Source of the DNA: the human T2T-CHM13v2.0 reference genome, Homo sapiens
Length of the DNA: 64,000 nucleotides
Assembly: GCA_009914755.4 (NCBI GenBank)
Contig: CP086569.2
Span: 23,840,001 to 23,904,000, forward strand
Reading direction: 5' to 3'
The notes below the pieces were generated by a model. It saw only the letters and a list, made by a program, of their open reading frames with translations, searched no databases and was not told the origin of the DNA. The position numbers and the translations under genes are program-made. Of the stretch, positions 27,041-40,900 are shown in pieces. Position 1 is the first letter of the stretch, and the number at the start of each line of letters is the position of its first letter.

Positions 27041-27429
27041 GTAGAGACACACATATGATCTAGACATGTCCTGGTGGAGTAAAGTGTGTATGATCCTGTT
27101 CTGGGAAAGGAGAAGAACAGTCAGGACCTTGGATTATGTTTGTGGGATCCATTGGGACACTAATGAAGAGGCAGTCAGGTCTTGGCCTAGCAACACTGAG
27201 GCTTGCAGGGGGCTTCTGAAAGCAGCAAAACCGGCCCGTGACACTGAATGCTAGATGGGCCTGTAACAATGAAAGATCTGCCCAGAGATCTTAGCAATCT
27301 TACTAGGATGCCATGACTATGATTTGGATTGAAGACTCCGGGGCAGAGTAGCTGAGAGAGAACCTCAGCAAACACGAGCCTTGATGACTATGGCTGGGGC
27401 AATCTAAAATATCTTATCTCTTCTGTTTT

Positions 27430-27950
27430 ATGAAGCAGAACATAGAAAGGTAAATTAAAAAAAAAAAATCAAGAGAAATAAAATGTAAAAATAAATTTAA
27501 AGCAAGTGAAAAATAGTAAGGACAAATAAAATAAACCGAAATAGAGAAAAATAGAGAAATGTAATTAAGATAAGTGAAAATAAAATGAAGATAAACAATA
27601 AATACAAAAAATAAAAGAAATAAACAGAAATGAAATAATTTCCAATAAAAAGTTTCAGAATAAGGAGAAAAAATAAAAAAGAAATATGGATAAAAAATAA
27701 GATAATATGAAGGAATATGACTAGAAACAAATAACAGAAAAAATATAAAATTAAATAAACTGCTAAAAACAAGATACAAGTTGAAGTATATTTGAAATGA
27801 AGAGAATGTAATGAGAAAAAAGAAAAATAGAAATAAAATTAAATTAAATTAATAGATAAAATGAAAAATAAAGAGAAACAAAATAAAGATAAAGAGAATG
27901 CACAAAAATAAAAAGTTAAATAGAGAAATAAGACGTCAGGTTAATCTACA
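27430..27950. repeat. A-rich, purine-rich low-complexity tract of about 520 bp. It is conserved in copy 2 at 59,760-60,250.
   Basis: The sequence is nearly all A and G, for example aaataaagagaaacaaaataaagataaagagaatg. The minus-strand ORFs here, such as MYLVFSSLFNFIFFLL..., are artefacts of the low complexity. Confidence 0.85.
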
Positions 27951-28325
27951 AAACATTTCACCCAACAACAGCATAATACATAATACTTCTAATTGTATAT
28001 GACACATTTTCTAAGATAGGCAAACTTGTGAGGTAGCATGCTAGTTTTAGCATATTTAAACTGATGGTAATCACAAAAAGTATTTTTTCTGACTACAATA
28101 AAATACAGCTGGAAGTTAAAACAAAACCATCATGTTTGCATATATTTGAAAACTGGACATATTCTTGAGCATACTATTTTTCAAGTGTTAGAACGTGCAA
28201 GTTTTTTAGATGTTAATGGTATACCAGGTGATCTATGGATCAATGAGATGTTTAAAAATGGTGATAGTTTTTGCAGAAGTACTAAATTATTCTAAAATGT
28301 TTGAGTCAATATTTACCTGTGTAAC

Positions 28326-28592
28326 TCAGGCTGCAGTATAATATCATAATCATGACTTACTGTATCTTTGACCTCCAAAGCTCAGTTGATCCTCCTACCT
28401 CAGCCTCACAAGTGCTGAAACTGCAGGTGCATGTTGGCATGCTCAGAAAGTTTTTGTATTTTTTTTTTTTTTTTAGAGACAGGGTTTCACCATATTTCCC
28501 AGGCTGGTCTCAAACTCCTAGGCTCAAGCAACCCACCTACCTTGGCTTGGCTCCCCAAAGTTCTAGGATTACAGGAGTGAGCCAACACATAT
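28326..28592 (-). mobile_element. Old, diverged Alu (J/S-type) in antisense, shared with copy 2 at 60,636-60,911.
   Basis: The sequence runs ctcaggctgcagt...gacctccaaagctcagttgatcctcctacctcagcctcacaagtgctgaaactgcaggtgcatg...gagacagggtttcaccatatttcccaggctggtctcaaactcctaggctcaagcaacccacc...ccaaagttctaggattacaggagtgagccaac. Confidence 0.85.
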
Positions 28593-30899
28593 TGCCCTAT
28601 GATTTCTATAAATACTCAAAAAACCACAAGTAACCAAACAACCTGTAAAAAAATAAATAAACTCAGAGGAATAATAGTTTTGTATTTCAAAACATATTGC
28701 AAAGTTACATTAATCAAAACAGTGTGGTGCTGGCATAAAGACAGAAAAATAAATGTTGAAACCGATAAGAGAAGGCAAAAATAAATCCACATGCATATAC
28801 TCAGCTTATCATAAATGAGGGTTCCCAATCCTCATGTTGCAGAACTTTCTCCTTACTTCAGCAAAATTGAGTTCTTCTCACGTGACTAGGAAAGATTAGG
28901 CCCAGGGATACTCTGAAGGATGAAGGGTAGAGTTGATTGGGTAAAAAGAAGGAAAGAAAAACTGTCAACAGAGTGAGTGGGAGTCCTGTTTACAAGTCCC
29001 ACCTCCTGGGTAGATTAACACTAAACCATCACACAAGAACTGCAGAGGCCAGTCTCCTTCTCCCTGCACAAGGAGTGAAGTTTCCCTGGCTCCAATCACT
29101 TCCCCCAGTGTGGACATGGATACTATTCAGAGAGAATCAGTTGAAAAAAGGCAGGCTTCATCTGGGAGAAGCAGTCTGATTTTTCAGTCTTTATGCTGTT
29201 TTAGGCTTGAAGATGGGGTTTCACCCAGGACCATTGGCTGTTTTCTAACTCTGTTATTTCCCCATATAAAGAAGTACATCTAACTGCCATTAGAATGAGG
29301 AGAAGGATCAGGACCAACACCACTTTTAAGAGCTTCCTGTTGACAGGGGGCACTGTTTTGGAAAACCGGCAGTCAGATTTTCCTAAGAGGCCTACCTAAG
29401 TGTCTCCAGTGAAAGGGGCCTTGTCTGAGGCTCTGGTGGCATGAATTTGGTAACCTAAATGGGAGAAGAATCAAACTGGGTTATTAAAAATCATGTATTA
29501 AAATAAAGTAAAATAAAACAAGGGGAAGGTGGCAAGGACAGCTCAAAAATTCCAAGGTATTTTTCCAGTTTACATAGGAAGGAGAAGGACAAAAGCACAA
29601 CTTGAAAATTTTCTTTCACCCTTTTGCCAGCATGTCTGGCTTCTGTGTTCTTTTGCCCTGAGTCCAATCCTAAGTTAAGCCAACCAGTCTAAGGTTGGAG
29701 AATGCATCTGAGGTGACTGTCCCATAGTAAGAATACATGATTACCTGTCTGTAAAAAGAAGACAGAGGAGAAAACAAGGTAAAAAGTAAGCATTTTTTCA
29801 AAGGAGGCCCAAAATTTCAGGATGCATTTAAAAGGAATATAGACTGATAATGAATGGCTACTCATCTAGAAGGAGAGTGAAGACCATGTATCCCTGATTC
29901 CTTTATCTTTCTAGGAAATATCCAGTGTATGTTGAGGGATAGAAGAAAGAATGTTGTCTTTCCCCCTTGCATCCTTGTATCCCCGAGTTCCAGGGATTGT
30001 GATAGGTTGCAACCCATGGATGTCAAAGCAGCTTTCACTCATGTTAACAGGAAGGCCTGTTGGGGGTGGAAATATCTGCTCTTACCTACATATGTCCTAT
30101 CTTCCCTGCTCTCAGTAGTTCTGGAGTTCATTAGACTTCATTTATGCAACAGATACTATCATGGCCTTTATCCGTGAAATGTGAGGCTTGGCTTAATCCA
30201 CTGGAATTAGTCATGCTCACTTCCACGGTGAATTTTAACCACCATAATCATCTGCCTCTGGATTTCTCAGATCCAGTATTCTTTCTTAGGGCTTCAACCT
30301 GAGGCTTGGAATTGAGGTTGGGACAAAAATGTTCCTCAGGGGATTGCATGGACTCCTCATTAGCAGCTAAATGCTAAGATAAAGCTGTGGAATTGAGTCC
30401 TCTTTCCACAAGGAAGAGAAAAAAATGCTTGTGACAAACCCAGATAACTAGTGGCAATAGTTAACTTTGCCAAGATTTGGGGGGGCACCCTGTTTATTTT
30501 CATCACTGAAAAATTTGCAGGGTAATTGCCTAGAACTAGAATATTAAACCAGATTTTTCATCGCTCATCCCTTTTTGTTTCTTCTGAGCTGCGGTTGAAG
30601 ACTGCAAGCTTTTTCATAGGAATAAGCATGGTTGGTCTAAAATGTAGGCAAAAATTCAAACTTCATGGTTTTAAAATTTAATGACAAATGTATAAGTTTT
30701 GATACATGATCTTTCTCTATCCAGTCCTCTAATTTAAAAAAAAAAAATCATGAAGACCTGCCGGTGACAATATTTAATTTGTTTATTGATTTGTCATATT
30801 TTGCCTTAGCTGTGTTGAAGTACATATCATTTATACCTAATTTGTTCAGTTGTTTTTAATTACAAAGTCACGTAAAATTTTCCAAATACTTTTTGTTTA

Positions 30900-31943
30900 T
30901 CTAGAATAAAAAATAAAGATGTGTAGCAGTAAACTTAATTAAAAAGAGAAACACTCTCTACACTATAAATTATAAAATATTGATGAAAAAAGTAAAAAAA
31001 AAGATATTTTTGCTCATGAGTTATAAAAAATATTGCTAAAATGGCTATGCTACACAAGGAAATCTACAAATTCACTGCAAACTCTATAAAATGCCAAGAA
31101 CATTTTTGAACAAAAATGAAATTAAGAGGCATAAAATTTATGGGGAACCAAAAAAACACTCCCCAAATAGCTGTGAAAAAAGAACAAATCTGAAAATATC
31201 AAACTACCTGACTCCAAAACATACTGCAAAGCTATAACAAGCAAAACAGCATGATACTGGCATAGAAAACAGACACATAGACCAAAGTATCCAACGATCC
31301 CAGTAACAAAATTCATAAACCTAGAGCCAAGTAATTTTTAAGTTGCTTAGAACATACATTGAAGAAAAGACAATCTTTTCAACGAATGGTGCTAAGAAAA
31401 TGGATTATTTAAATACAGAGGAATACAACTAGTTGCCTACCTGTTACCATATTAAAACAATTTAAATAAAAATAAATAGAAGATTGAAATGTAAACTCAA
31501 ACTTATAAAACTATTTGAATAAGACATAGAGAAATTCTTTACTAAACAGGACAGGAAAAACATTTTAAATAAGATCTCAAAACCACAGGCAAGAAAAGCA
31601 AAAGCAGACAAATAAAATTAACAGAATCTAAAAAAAAAATTTACATAGCAAAAATAAATTAACAGAGTGAAAAGACAACTTACAGTGTGGGAGAATATAT
31701 TTGCAAAATATACATATCACAATGGAAAAACATAAAGATATATAAGAAACGTAACAGCAAAACTAACTCACAATTTAGCAATAGGCAAGATACACTATGT
31801 GACACTTCTCCAAAGAAGACATGCAAATGGCCAAGTACATGTGAAGATGCTCAACATTATCATTAGAAAAATGCAAATTAAAGCTACCACAAGATACCAA
31901 ATGACTCCAGTTAAAACGGCTACAATTATAAATAATACGTGCC
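30900..31943 (+). mobile_element. Old L1 (L1M-like) ORF2 C-terminal fragment in sense orientation. It is cut off abruptly where satellite block 2 begins.
   Basis: The plus-strand translation parallels L1 ORF2. For example, ...NQKNTPQIAVKKEQI.KYQTT.LQNILQSYNKQNSMILA.KTDT.TKVSNDP matches [54 protein letters not shown], and ...RRHANGQVHVKMLNIIIRKMQIKATTRYQMTPVKTATIINNT matches [46 protein letters not shown]. The L1 may start as early as about 30,745. Confidence 0.75.
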
Positions 31944-31944
31944 T

Positions 31945-34900
31945 GGCCGTTTCAACAGGAGGCATTGTGACATATCTCTGGTCACTTAAGTCTATCATTT
32001 AAGTGATATACTCTCCTCTTCTGCCTGGACACTACCCATAGGGGGCATTGTGCCATACAGTTGGGCACAGCCCCAAAGTTATATGATTTTTCTGCCAGGA
32101 GCCTGCCTACAAGGAGAATATGGGAACATTTCTGCCTCAGCGTTTAGGTTATGTGGCTGTCATGCCTGTTTCATTACTGCAGAGTAAATTTTGACAAATA
32201 ATTAGGCACAGCTCAATATTCTGACAAATCACTAGGCATGATAATGACTCATATGTGGACCTCCCAAATAGGAGTAAGTTTGACTCTTGTAACTCGCTTT
32301 AGCAATGCAAGTGATGTCTTAGATCTCTTTCTGGTAAAAGGGTCACCGAAGATTATAACACCCTCAAATATTTTACAGCCCTTGGCTTGTACAGATAATG
32401 CCATAACAAAACCCAAATGAAAGATGAAGTTGTGAGTCTCATATGCACACCCAGCTGACAGGAAGTACTGTCAGCATCTCATGTATATGAAGCCTACTGT
32501 GAAACATGAAAACAGGACATGTATGTTATTGTAAATCTCATCTCTGCAATAATCTCCCAGTGTGAATGTCATACACATCTTTGCCAAGCATCTGTGTGAT
32601 TTGACTCTCCAGACAGGTTCCAGCATGTATATGAGATTGTGATCTCTACCTGAGCCAGCGTCTAGGTGATGTGATTCTCCTGCCTGGACCCTTTTCTCAG
32701 TAAGGATTGAGACATACCACTGGATCTAACATTCAGGTGATGTTACATTGTTGCCTGGACCATATTCACAGGCATCATTGTGACATATTACTGTGTCCAC
32801 CACTTAGGTGATGTAACTCCCCTCTCTGGAATGGACCCTGAACACAGAGAATGGTAGTGCCATATTGGCAGGCCAGGGCATACAGGTGATGATACTCTTT
32901 TGCCAGGGATATATTTCAAGGAGGTCATTGTGACATATCTCTGGGCCTGTCACCTAAGTGATGTGACCGAACGCTTGGGCCTCACCTACATAGATCGTTG
33001 CAACGTAAAAGTTAGACCTGCATCAAGATGATGTAACTCTTTCAATCTAGTGCTGTCCTAGGGAAACTTGTGACATATCTCAGCACCCAGCACCCAGGTG
33101 ATGTGGCTCTTCTGCCTGGGTTCTCCCCATGTGTTATATTGTGATGTACACATAAAGAAGCACCTACGTGATATGACCCACATTTTCTGCCTGAGTCCTG
33201 CCTACTGGGGACACTGGGACATATCTCTGAGCCCATGACCTAAGTGATATGACTCTCGCCCCCTGCCTGGGCTTTTAAAATAGTGGGATTATGACATATT
33301 GCTGAGCCCAGCATTTAGGTTGTGTGACTCTACTCTTTTTTTTGAACCATGCCCACAAAGGGAAATTTTGACCTATTGCACCCAGATGATGTTACTCTTC
33401 TGCCAGAATCCTGAATAAAGAGATAATTATTGCATAGTGATAAGTCCAGCACCCTGATGATGCTACTGTCCTGCCTGTGCCAGAGCCACAGAGGGTGTTT
33501 TGACACATCTTTGGCTTATTCTGTAAGTGTTTTGGCTCTCATCTCTTCATTATGTTTTTCCACATGTGGAATTGTGTCATATTGCTGGGTCCAGTATCCA
33601 GTTAATGTGGCCCTCTTTCCTAGACTCTGTGTAGAGAGAATATTGTGACATGTTAATTGCCACATCACCTAAGTAATGTTACACTTTTTTTTTCTAATTT
33701 TTTGCCCACAAATGGGATTATGGTTTATATCTTGCTTCAGTTCACAGGCATGATGAGCAAACTTATACTGGGATTCAGTCAATGGAAGATATTTTGCCAT
33801 TCATCACTAGGCTTATGGCAATAGAAAAAATTCTTGGTTGAATATTTCTACAAAGCTCACAGAAGTTTACGACACGAATTCCTGTGGTATAAACTTTATG
33901 GGTGGTACAGAGCATTTTATAACAAGGCCCAGCAAAAAGTTAAAATTGTGACTCTCAGTTTCACACCCAGGTGAAAGTAAAAGTTGTCACCATCCCACAT
34001 TTACAAAGTACACTATGGAGTTACTGAGTCTAACATGACAACACAGTACAAAAATGGAGTTGTGACTCTCACATGTGGATCTGGCCACAGGTGTAATCGT
34101 GACTCATTTTTGGGCCCAGCTCACAGGCATAAAAATGCTTCTCATTCCTGAATGTGGCCTAAATTAGAGATATTGACTATCATACCTGGATTTAAGACAA
34201 TATATAAGATTGTGAGTCCATATGAGCCTATGGGCCTCAGAGAAGTTTGCAAATATAATGGATGCCGTTTGAAGCCCTTGGATGTTGTAGAGGGTGTCAT
34301 TCGGTGGTCCAACACACACGTGACAATGTGACTTTGTTACAGACGCCAAGCTGACAGTTAAAGGTGTCACCCTCAAACATGAGGAGATTGTGTCATATCA
34401 CTGTGCCGAGTACCCAGGTGTTAAAACTTGTGCTTTAATTGTTTCCCATGTGTGTATTTTGACATATCATTGCATAAGAATCATAACAGTGTGACTCTTT
34501 TGCCTGGACCCTGACAGCAAGGGATATTATCACATTTCTCTGAGCCGATCAGCTAGGTGATTTGCCTATTTTTCCTGTACTTTTGCCCCAAGGCACATTG
34601 TGACATCAGTGGTCATAGCATCTAGGAAATGTGACTCTCGTCTCTTGCCTAGGTTCTGCCCACAAAAGGAATTGTGACATACTACTGAGCGCAAAACCTA
34701 GGTAATGTAACCATCCCCTTTATTCTGGAGGCAGCCAATAGGGGAAATTATTACGTATTGCTGAGCTAAGCACCTAGGAGGTGTGACTCTCCTCTTTTTC
34801 TTCAACCTTGTCTACAGTCGACATGGTGTCATATTCATTGAGGCTGTTCTCCGTTGACATGAATCTTCTGACTTGGCCTGCCTATGAAGGAGATTATAAT

Positions 34901-37900
34901 GAATTCTGTGCTCGGAATCCAAGTAAGGCAATTATGCTGCCTTGTTTCTGCCCACAGGTGAAATTTTAACATATACCTGAGTTCAGCTTACATACACAAA
35001 TATAACTATCATATCTTTACCCAGAAGGGAGACATATTTTTACTCTCATGGTCAGTCTCATGGCCATAAGTAAAGAAATGAGTCTCCTAATTGCATAAAG
35101 TTCACAAAGGATTATGACACTCAAGCATATCATATAAAGTCTGAGTGGTACACAAACTGTCATAACAGGGAACAGTAACCAGGTGCGATTGTGACTCTTG
35201 GATGCATGCCTAGCTGACACGATTGTCATTCCCTCACAAAAATATGATCTACAAATAAGGTACTAAATTGTTACAAAAAAGATCAGTTGAAGGTTGAAAT
35301 TGTTTCTCTCATACACAAATCTGACCCACAGGTGGTTTGGTGATACATGATTCAGCACAACTGTGAGGCCGTGACTCCCCTACTGGAACACAATCTTCAA
35401 GTGGGACTGGGCATCTTATACATGGATCTTGCCCATTGTTGAGATTGGGACTCCTCTGCTTTGACACAACTCACAGGAGGTGTTGACTCCTCCTGTACGT
35501 ACGTGAAGCCAGGACTTCTGTGACTGTGAAACATTTCTGAATATTTCCTACTGTGTGATTAGGACATAAAAGTTAGCCCAGCTCCTGAATAATTTGACTC
35601 TCTTCTTTAGGCCCATGACCACAGATGAAATTGTGATATACATGGACCATACACCTAAGCATAGGTGCCTGGGCCTGTAGACAAAGGGCACTTTTACATG
35701 TCACTGGGAACAGCTCCCAGGTAACGTGGATTATTTGCCTAATGCCTGCCTATGAAAAGCACTGTGGCTTATGTCTGGGTTCATCATGTAGTGATGTTAC
35801 TCAATTCTACTGCCTTGGCCCTGCACTAACGGTGCATTGTGACACATAACTGGGTACTGCTCCCAACTGATGGGACTCTCCATTTTGGTTTCTGCCATCA
35901 GAAAGCTTTGTAACATGTAACTTGGCTCAGCACCTAGATGATGTTTCTCCTCTCTTGACCTGCCCTGACCACAGGGGAGATTGTGACACATTGCTAAATC
36001 CAGCGCCAAGTTAAGGTCACTTTCAAACTTTGGTCCTGCACATAGTGGCCATTGTGACATTTATCTATACCAATTGCCTAGGTGAAGTGAGTCTCCTCTC
36101 CTTTCTAAGCCAAGCCCAAAAGGGAAATTTTGATACATCGTTTAAACCAGCATTCAGGTGATGTGATGCTTCTTCCAGAAGTCTGCCCACAATAAAGATT
36201 GTGACAGCTCACTGGACCAGCACCCACCCAGGTGATGTGACCTTTTTGCTTGCTGTCTGCCCATGGGGATATTGTGCCATACAACTGAGACCAGATAAGA
36301 GGACTAATCATGACTCTTAAACCTGGAGCCAGGTTATATGCATGATGGTGGCTCCCACTCCTGGAACTTTCCACCAGTGTTATTGTGACATACACTTCTG
36401 CCCAGTTCCTGAGTAATTTAGTAATCTTGCCTAGGTATAGCGCACAATTGAGATTTGGACATATATCTCAGCTGAGCACTTTGGTGATTTGATTCTCCTG
36501 TCTTAACGTTATCCTCAGGCACGTTTGTAGCATGTCTCTGGATCCATCATCTAGGTTACCTCAGTCCCCTCTCCTGCCTGAATTCTGCTTCCACTGGGTA
36601 TTGTAGCATTTTTAAACACTGCATTCAAATTATATGAATTTCTTGCCTGATCCTTTCAACAAGAGACATTATGACTTACCTCTGGACCTATCATTTACAT
36701 GATATGACTCTCCTCTTTTCTGGACCACTGCCCACAAGGGGTGTTGTGCCATACAGTTGGGCATAGGCCCAAAGTTATGTGATTTTTCTTCTAGGAATTT
36801 GCCAAAAAGAATAATATTGGAAGATTTCTGCCTCAGCATTTAGATTATATGGCTCTCATGCCTGTTTCATTACCACGGTGTAAATTGTGACATATATCTA
36901 AGCACAGCTCACAGGCATGATAAGGACTCCCATATGTAGAACCCTCAAATAGGAGTAATTTTTAATCTCATAACTTGCTTTAGAGTTATTTAAGTGATTA
37001 AGTTTCTTTATGGTAAAAAGATTGCAGAAGATTGTAACAGCATAAGTGATTTTAAAAAGCCTTCATCTTGTACAGAGGGTGTCATAACAGGACCTATCAC
37101 TAAGGTGAAATTGTGAGTCTCATATGAACACCCAGCTGACAGTTAAAGACTGTAACCATCTCATATATATAAAGCCAACTGTCACTGATAAAAATGGGAC
37201 ATATGTGGTATTGTTAGTCTCATCCTGGGAATTTTCTGCCAGTCTGACTGTGATATAAATCTTTTCCGAGCATCTGTGTGATTTGACTCTCCAGACCGGT
37301 TCCAGCCCAGTGATGTTATTTTGAAATCTATGAGGGCCAATCTCTAGGTGGTTTGACCCTTCTGCCTGGGCCCCACTCTCAGTAAGAATCAGCTGAGCCA
37401 TGCCCACATAAATTATTGTGACACATCACTGTGTCAACCACTTAGGCGATATAACTCTCCTCAGAACGGGCCCTGAACACAGTTGGGGATAGTGACATAT
37501 GGTTGAGCCACAAGTCACTATCCCCAGCAACCAGACAAGAATGTGACTCTCTATGCACACCTAGTTGATACAATTGTGATTCTCACGCATAAACAGGGCC
37601 TAGTAATGAGGTACTAAATCTCACACATAAAAGTCATCAAAGATTGAAATCATTACTCTCATACGGGGATTAGATTCACAGGTGTTTTGGCAACATTTGA
37701 ACCATGATTCAGCATGCCTGCGGTGCTGTGACTCCCCTACTGGAACACAATCTTCCAATGGGACTGGAGCTCCTATACATGGATCTTGACCATTGTTGAG
37801 ATTTTGACTCCTCTACTTCCACCAAACTCATAGAAAGAGTTGACGACTTACATACAGGAAACGAGAACTTATGTGGAATGCGAAACTTATTTGCAAACTT

Positions 37901-40900
37901 TTCTGAGCGTGTGATTGGGTCAGGTAACTTTTCCCAGCACATGAATGATTTGACTCTTTTTCTAGGCCCAGACCACAGATAAAATTGCGCCATAAGTATA
38001 ACAAACACCTTTGCAATATATAACATCTACCATGTTTCTCCTACAAAGGGCACTTTTATTTATCACTCGTATCGTCACCCTGGTGATGTGAATTATCTGC
38101 CTAAAACATGGCTACAAAGGGAATTGTGTTTTATAACTAGGTCCATCACATAAGTGATGTGACTCCCTTCTACTCCTTTAGCCCTGCACTTACAATGCAT
38201 TGTGACACATAACTGCATCCAGGTGATGTGATTCTTTTTGGGGGATTCTGCCAACAGAAAGCATTGAAACATAACGCTTGGCTGAGCACCTAGGTGACGT
38301 TGGTTCACTTTTCCTGTACCCTAACCACATGGAGATTGTGACATATTGCTGGTCCCAGCACCAATGTGAGGTCACTCTCCAGCTTTTGTACTGCACAGAA
38401 CAGACATTGTGACATAAATCTAGGCCAATTGCCTAGGTGAAGTAAGTCTCTTTCTTGTCAAAGTCTTGCCTACACACAAAGTTTTCATATGTCACTGAAA
38501 TCAGCATTCAGGTGATGTGACCCTTCAGCCAGTGTCCTGTCCACAAAGTAAGTTGTGATATCACACTGGAGCCAAACCCTCATAGGTTATGTGAATTTCT
38601 TGCTTTCCTTCTGGCCAGGTAATATTGTGCCATATACCACAAACCATAGCAAAAGTCTAATAACAACTCATATGAGTGGAGCCAGGACATATGCAGGATG
38701 GTGACCCTTATTCTTAAGCCTTTCCACAAGTGTAATTGTGTCTTATACCTTTGTCCAGCTCCTAAGTGATTTAATAATTCTGCATAGGTATAGCCCAAAA
38801 ACAATAGTCTCATAAGTACCTGAGCCAAGTAACTTGGTGATTTGACTGTGCTATCTTAACAATGTCCTCAAGGGGATTTGTAACATATTTCTGGACCCAT
38901 CATCTAGGTTGCATAACTCTCCTCTCCTGCCTGTACCTGGCTTCCTTTAGTAATTGTAGCATTTCCAAACACTGCATCCAAATGATATAAATCTCTTGCC
39001 TGGGCTCTGTCACAGGAAGCACTGTGACATATTTTTGGGCCCATCATTTTGGTGATATGACTCTCCTCTCCTGCCTGGAGACTGCCCACAAGAAACATTG
39101 TGACACAGAGCTGAACTGAGCACACAAATATATGATATTTGTGACAGAACCCTGCCTACAAAAAGAATACTGGAATATTTCTGGCCCAGCATTTAGGTGA
39201 TGTGCCTGTTCTGCCTGTTTCATAACCGCAGAGGGAATTAAATCCTATATCTAGGCATGGCTAACAGGAATGATAATGACTGTCGTATGTGGACTCAGGC
39301 AATAGAGGCTATTTTGACTTTTATAACTAGATAACTAGTTTTAGGGACATGACTGATACCGTGGACCATCTTTTATACAAAGGTTGCAAAAGATTACAAC
39401 ACTCACACATATTTTACCAAGTCTTTGGGTTATACAGAGGGAGTCAAAGCCGGGCTCAGCACACAGGTAAAATTGTGAGTCTTGTACTCACACCCAGCTG
39501 ACAGTAAGAATTATCATTACCTCACATGGATGAAGTCAATTGTCAAAGATGAAAATAAGAAATGATTGGTATTTAAAATCTCACCTTTGGAATTTTCTGA
39601 CAGTGTGATTGTGATATAAATTATTGCCAAGCACTTGTGTAATCTGACTCTCTAGACTTGTTTCAGCTCATATATGGGATTGTGATATCTACTTACGCCA
39701 GCCTCAAGGTGGTGTGACTCTCCTGCCAGGGCCCTTCTCTCCGTAAGGATTGTCTTATCACTGGATCTAGCACCCAGGTGATGTTACATTTTTGCCTGTG
39801 CCATGCCCACCAAAATTATTAGGACATATCCCTGTATTCGCCTCATAGGTTATATAACTCTCCTGTCTGGAATGGGCCCTGCACAAAGGAAATATAGAGA
39901 CATATTGCAAGGCCAGGCACACAGGCAAGAGAACTATTTTGCCACAGCCATGCCCAAAGAAGGGAATCATGACATATCTCTGGGCCTGCTACCTAGGCTA
40001 TGTGGGGCTCTTGTTGGGGTCCTGTCAACCTGGAGTGTGACATATTTCTAGGCAAGGCACACAGGTGATGGTACTCTTTTGCCAGGGCTATGTTCCATAG
40101 AGGATATTGTGACACATCTCTGGGCCTATCACCTAGGAGATGTGAGTCCCTCCTTGGACCCTACCCACATGGAGCATTGTGACATGAGCAGAGGACCTTC
40201 AATTAGTTGATGAAACTCTCTTTGCTGGGTGCTATGTGAAGAGATCCTTATGAAATACCTCAGAACCCAGCACTCAAGTGATGTGGACCTTCTGCCTGCA
40301 TGCTGCTCTCATGTTCCACTGTGACATATTCCTAGGGCAGCATCTAGGTGATATGACTCTCCACATCTGCCTGAGCCCTGACTACTTGGGACACCTTGCA
40401 ATATCTCTGAGCCCTTGACCTAAGTGATGTGGCTCTTTTGTTGCCTGGGCCTTCACGATAGGTGGATTTTGGCATATTGCTAAGCCCAGCACTCAAAACA
40501 TGTAACTCTCCTATTTTTCCTGAATTATACCCACAAAGAAGAAATTTTGACCTACTGAATGGCTCAACACCAAGGTGATTTTTCGCTTCTTCCTGGATTA
40601 TGCATAAAGAGGAAATTATGGCATATTGCATATTGCTAGGCCCAGCACCCTTATGACTGTGACTCTCCTGCCCATGCTGGAGCCACCGAATATACCTTGA
40701 CATGTCTTGGGCCCATTATGTAGGGGTTTTGGCTCTCATAACTTGGTTTGGTATTTTCCACATGTGAAATGTTGTCCAATGCTTGGTCCAGCACCAGGTT
40801 AATGTGACCCAAATTTTTATACCCTGCCTAGAGAAGGCATTGCGACATATTGCTTGGTACATGATCTATGTAATGTTACCCTCCTGTCTTGTTTTTTGCC

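Noticed and set aside
27414-27779. 121-aa and 91-aa ORFs on the minus strand rich in F, L and I (and the equivalent ORFs at 59,755-60,120).
   Set aside because: They are translations of the A/G-rich low-complexity tract read on the T-rich strand.
29860-30520. A segment bounded by tg...ca (tgttgagggatagaag ... ccagatttttca), also present at 62,220-62,870, that might be an old solo LTR.
   Set aside because: I could not match it to any LTR family from memory and saw no TSD. I left it unannotated pending RepeatMasker.
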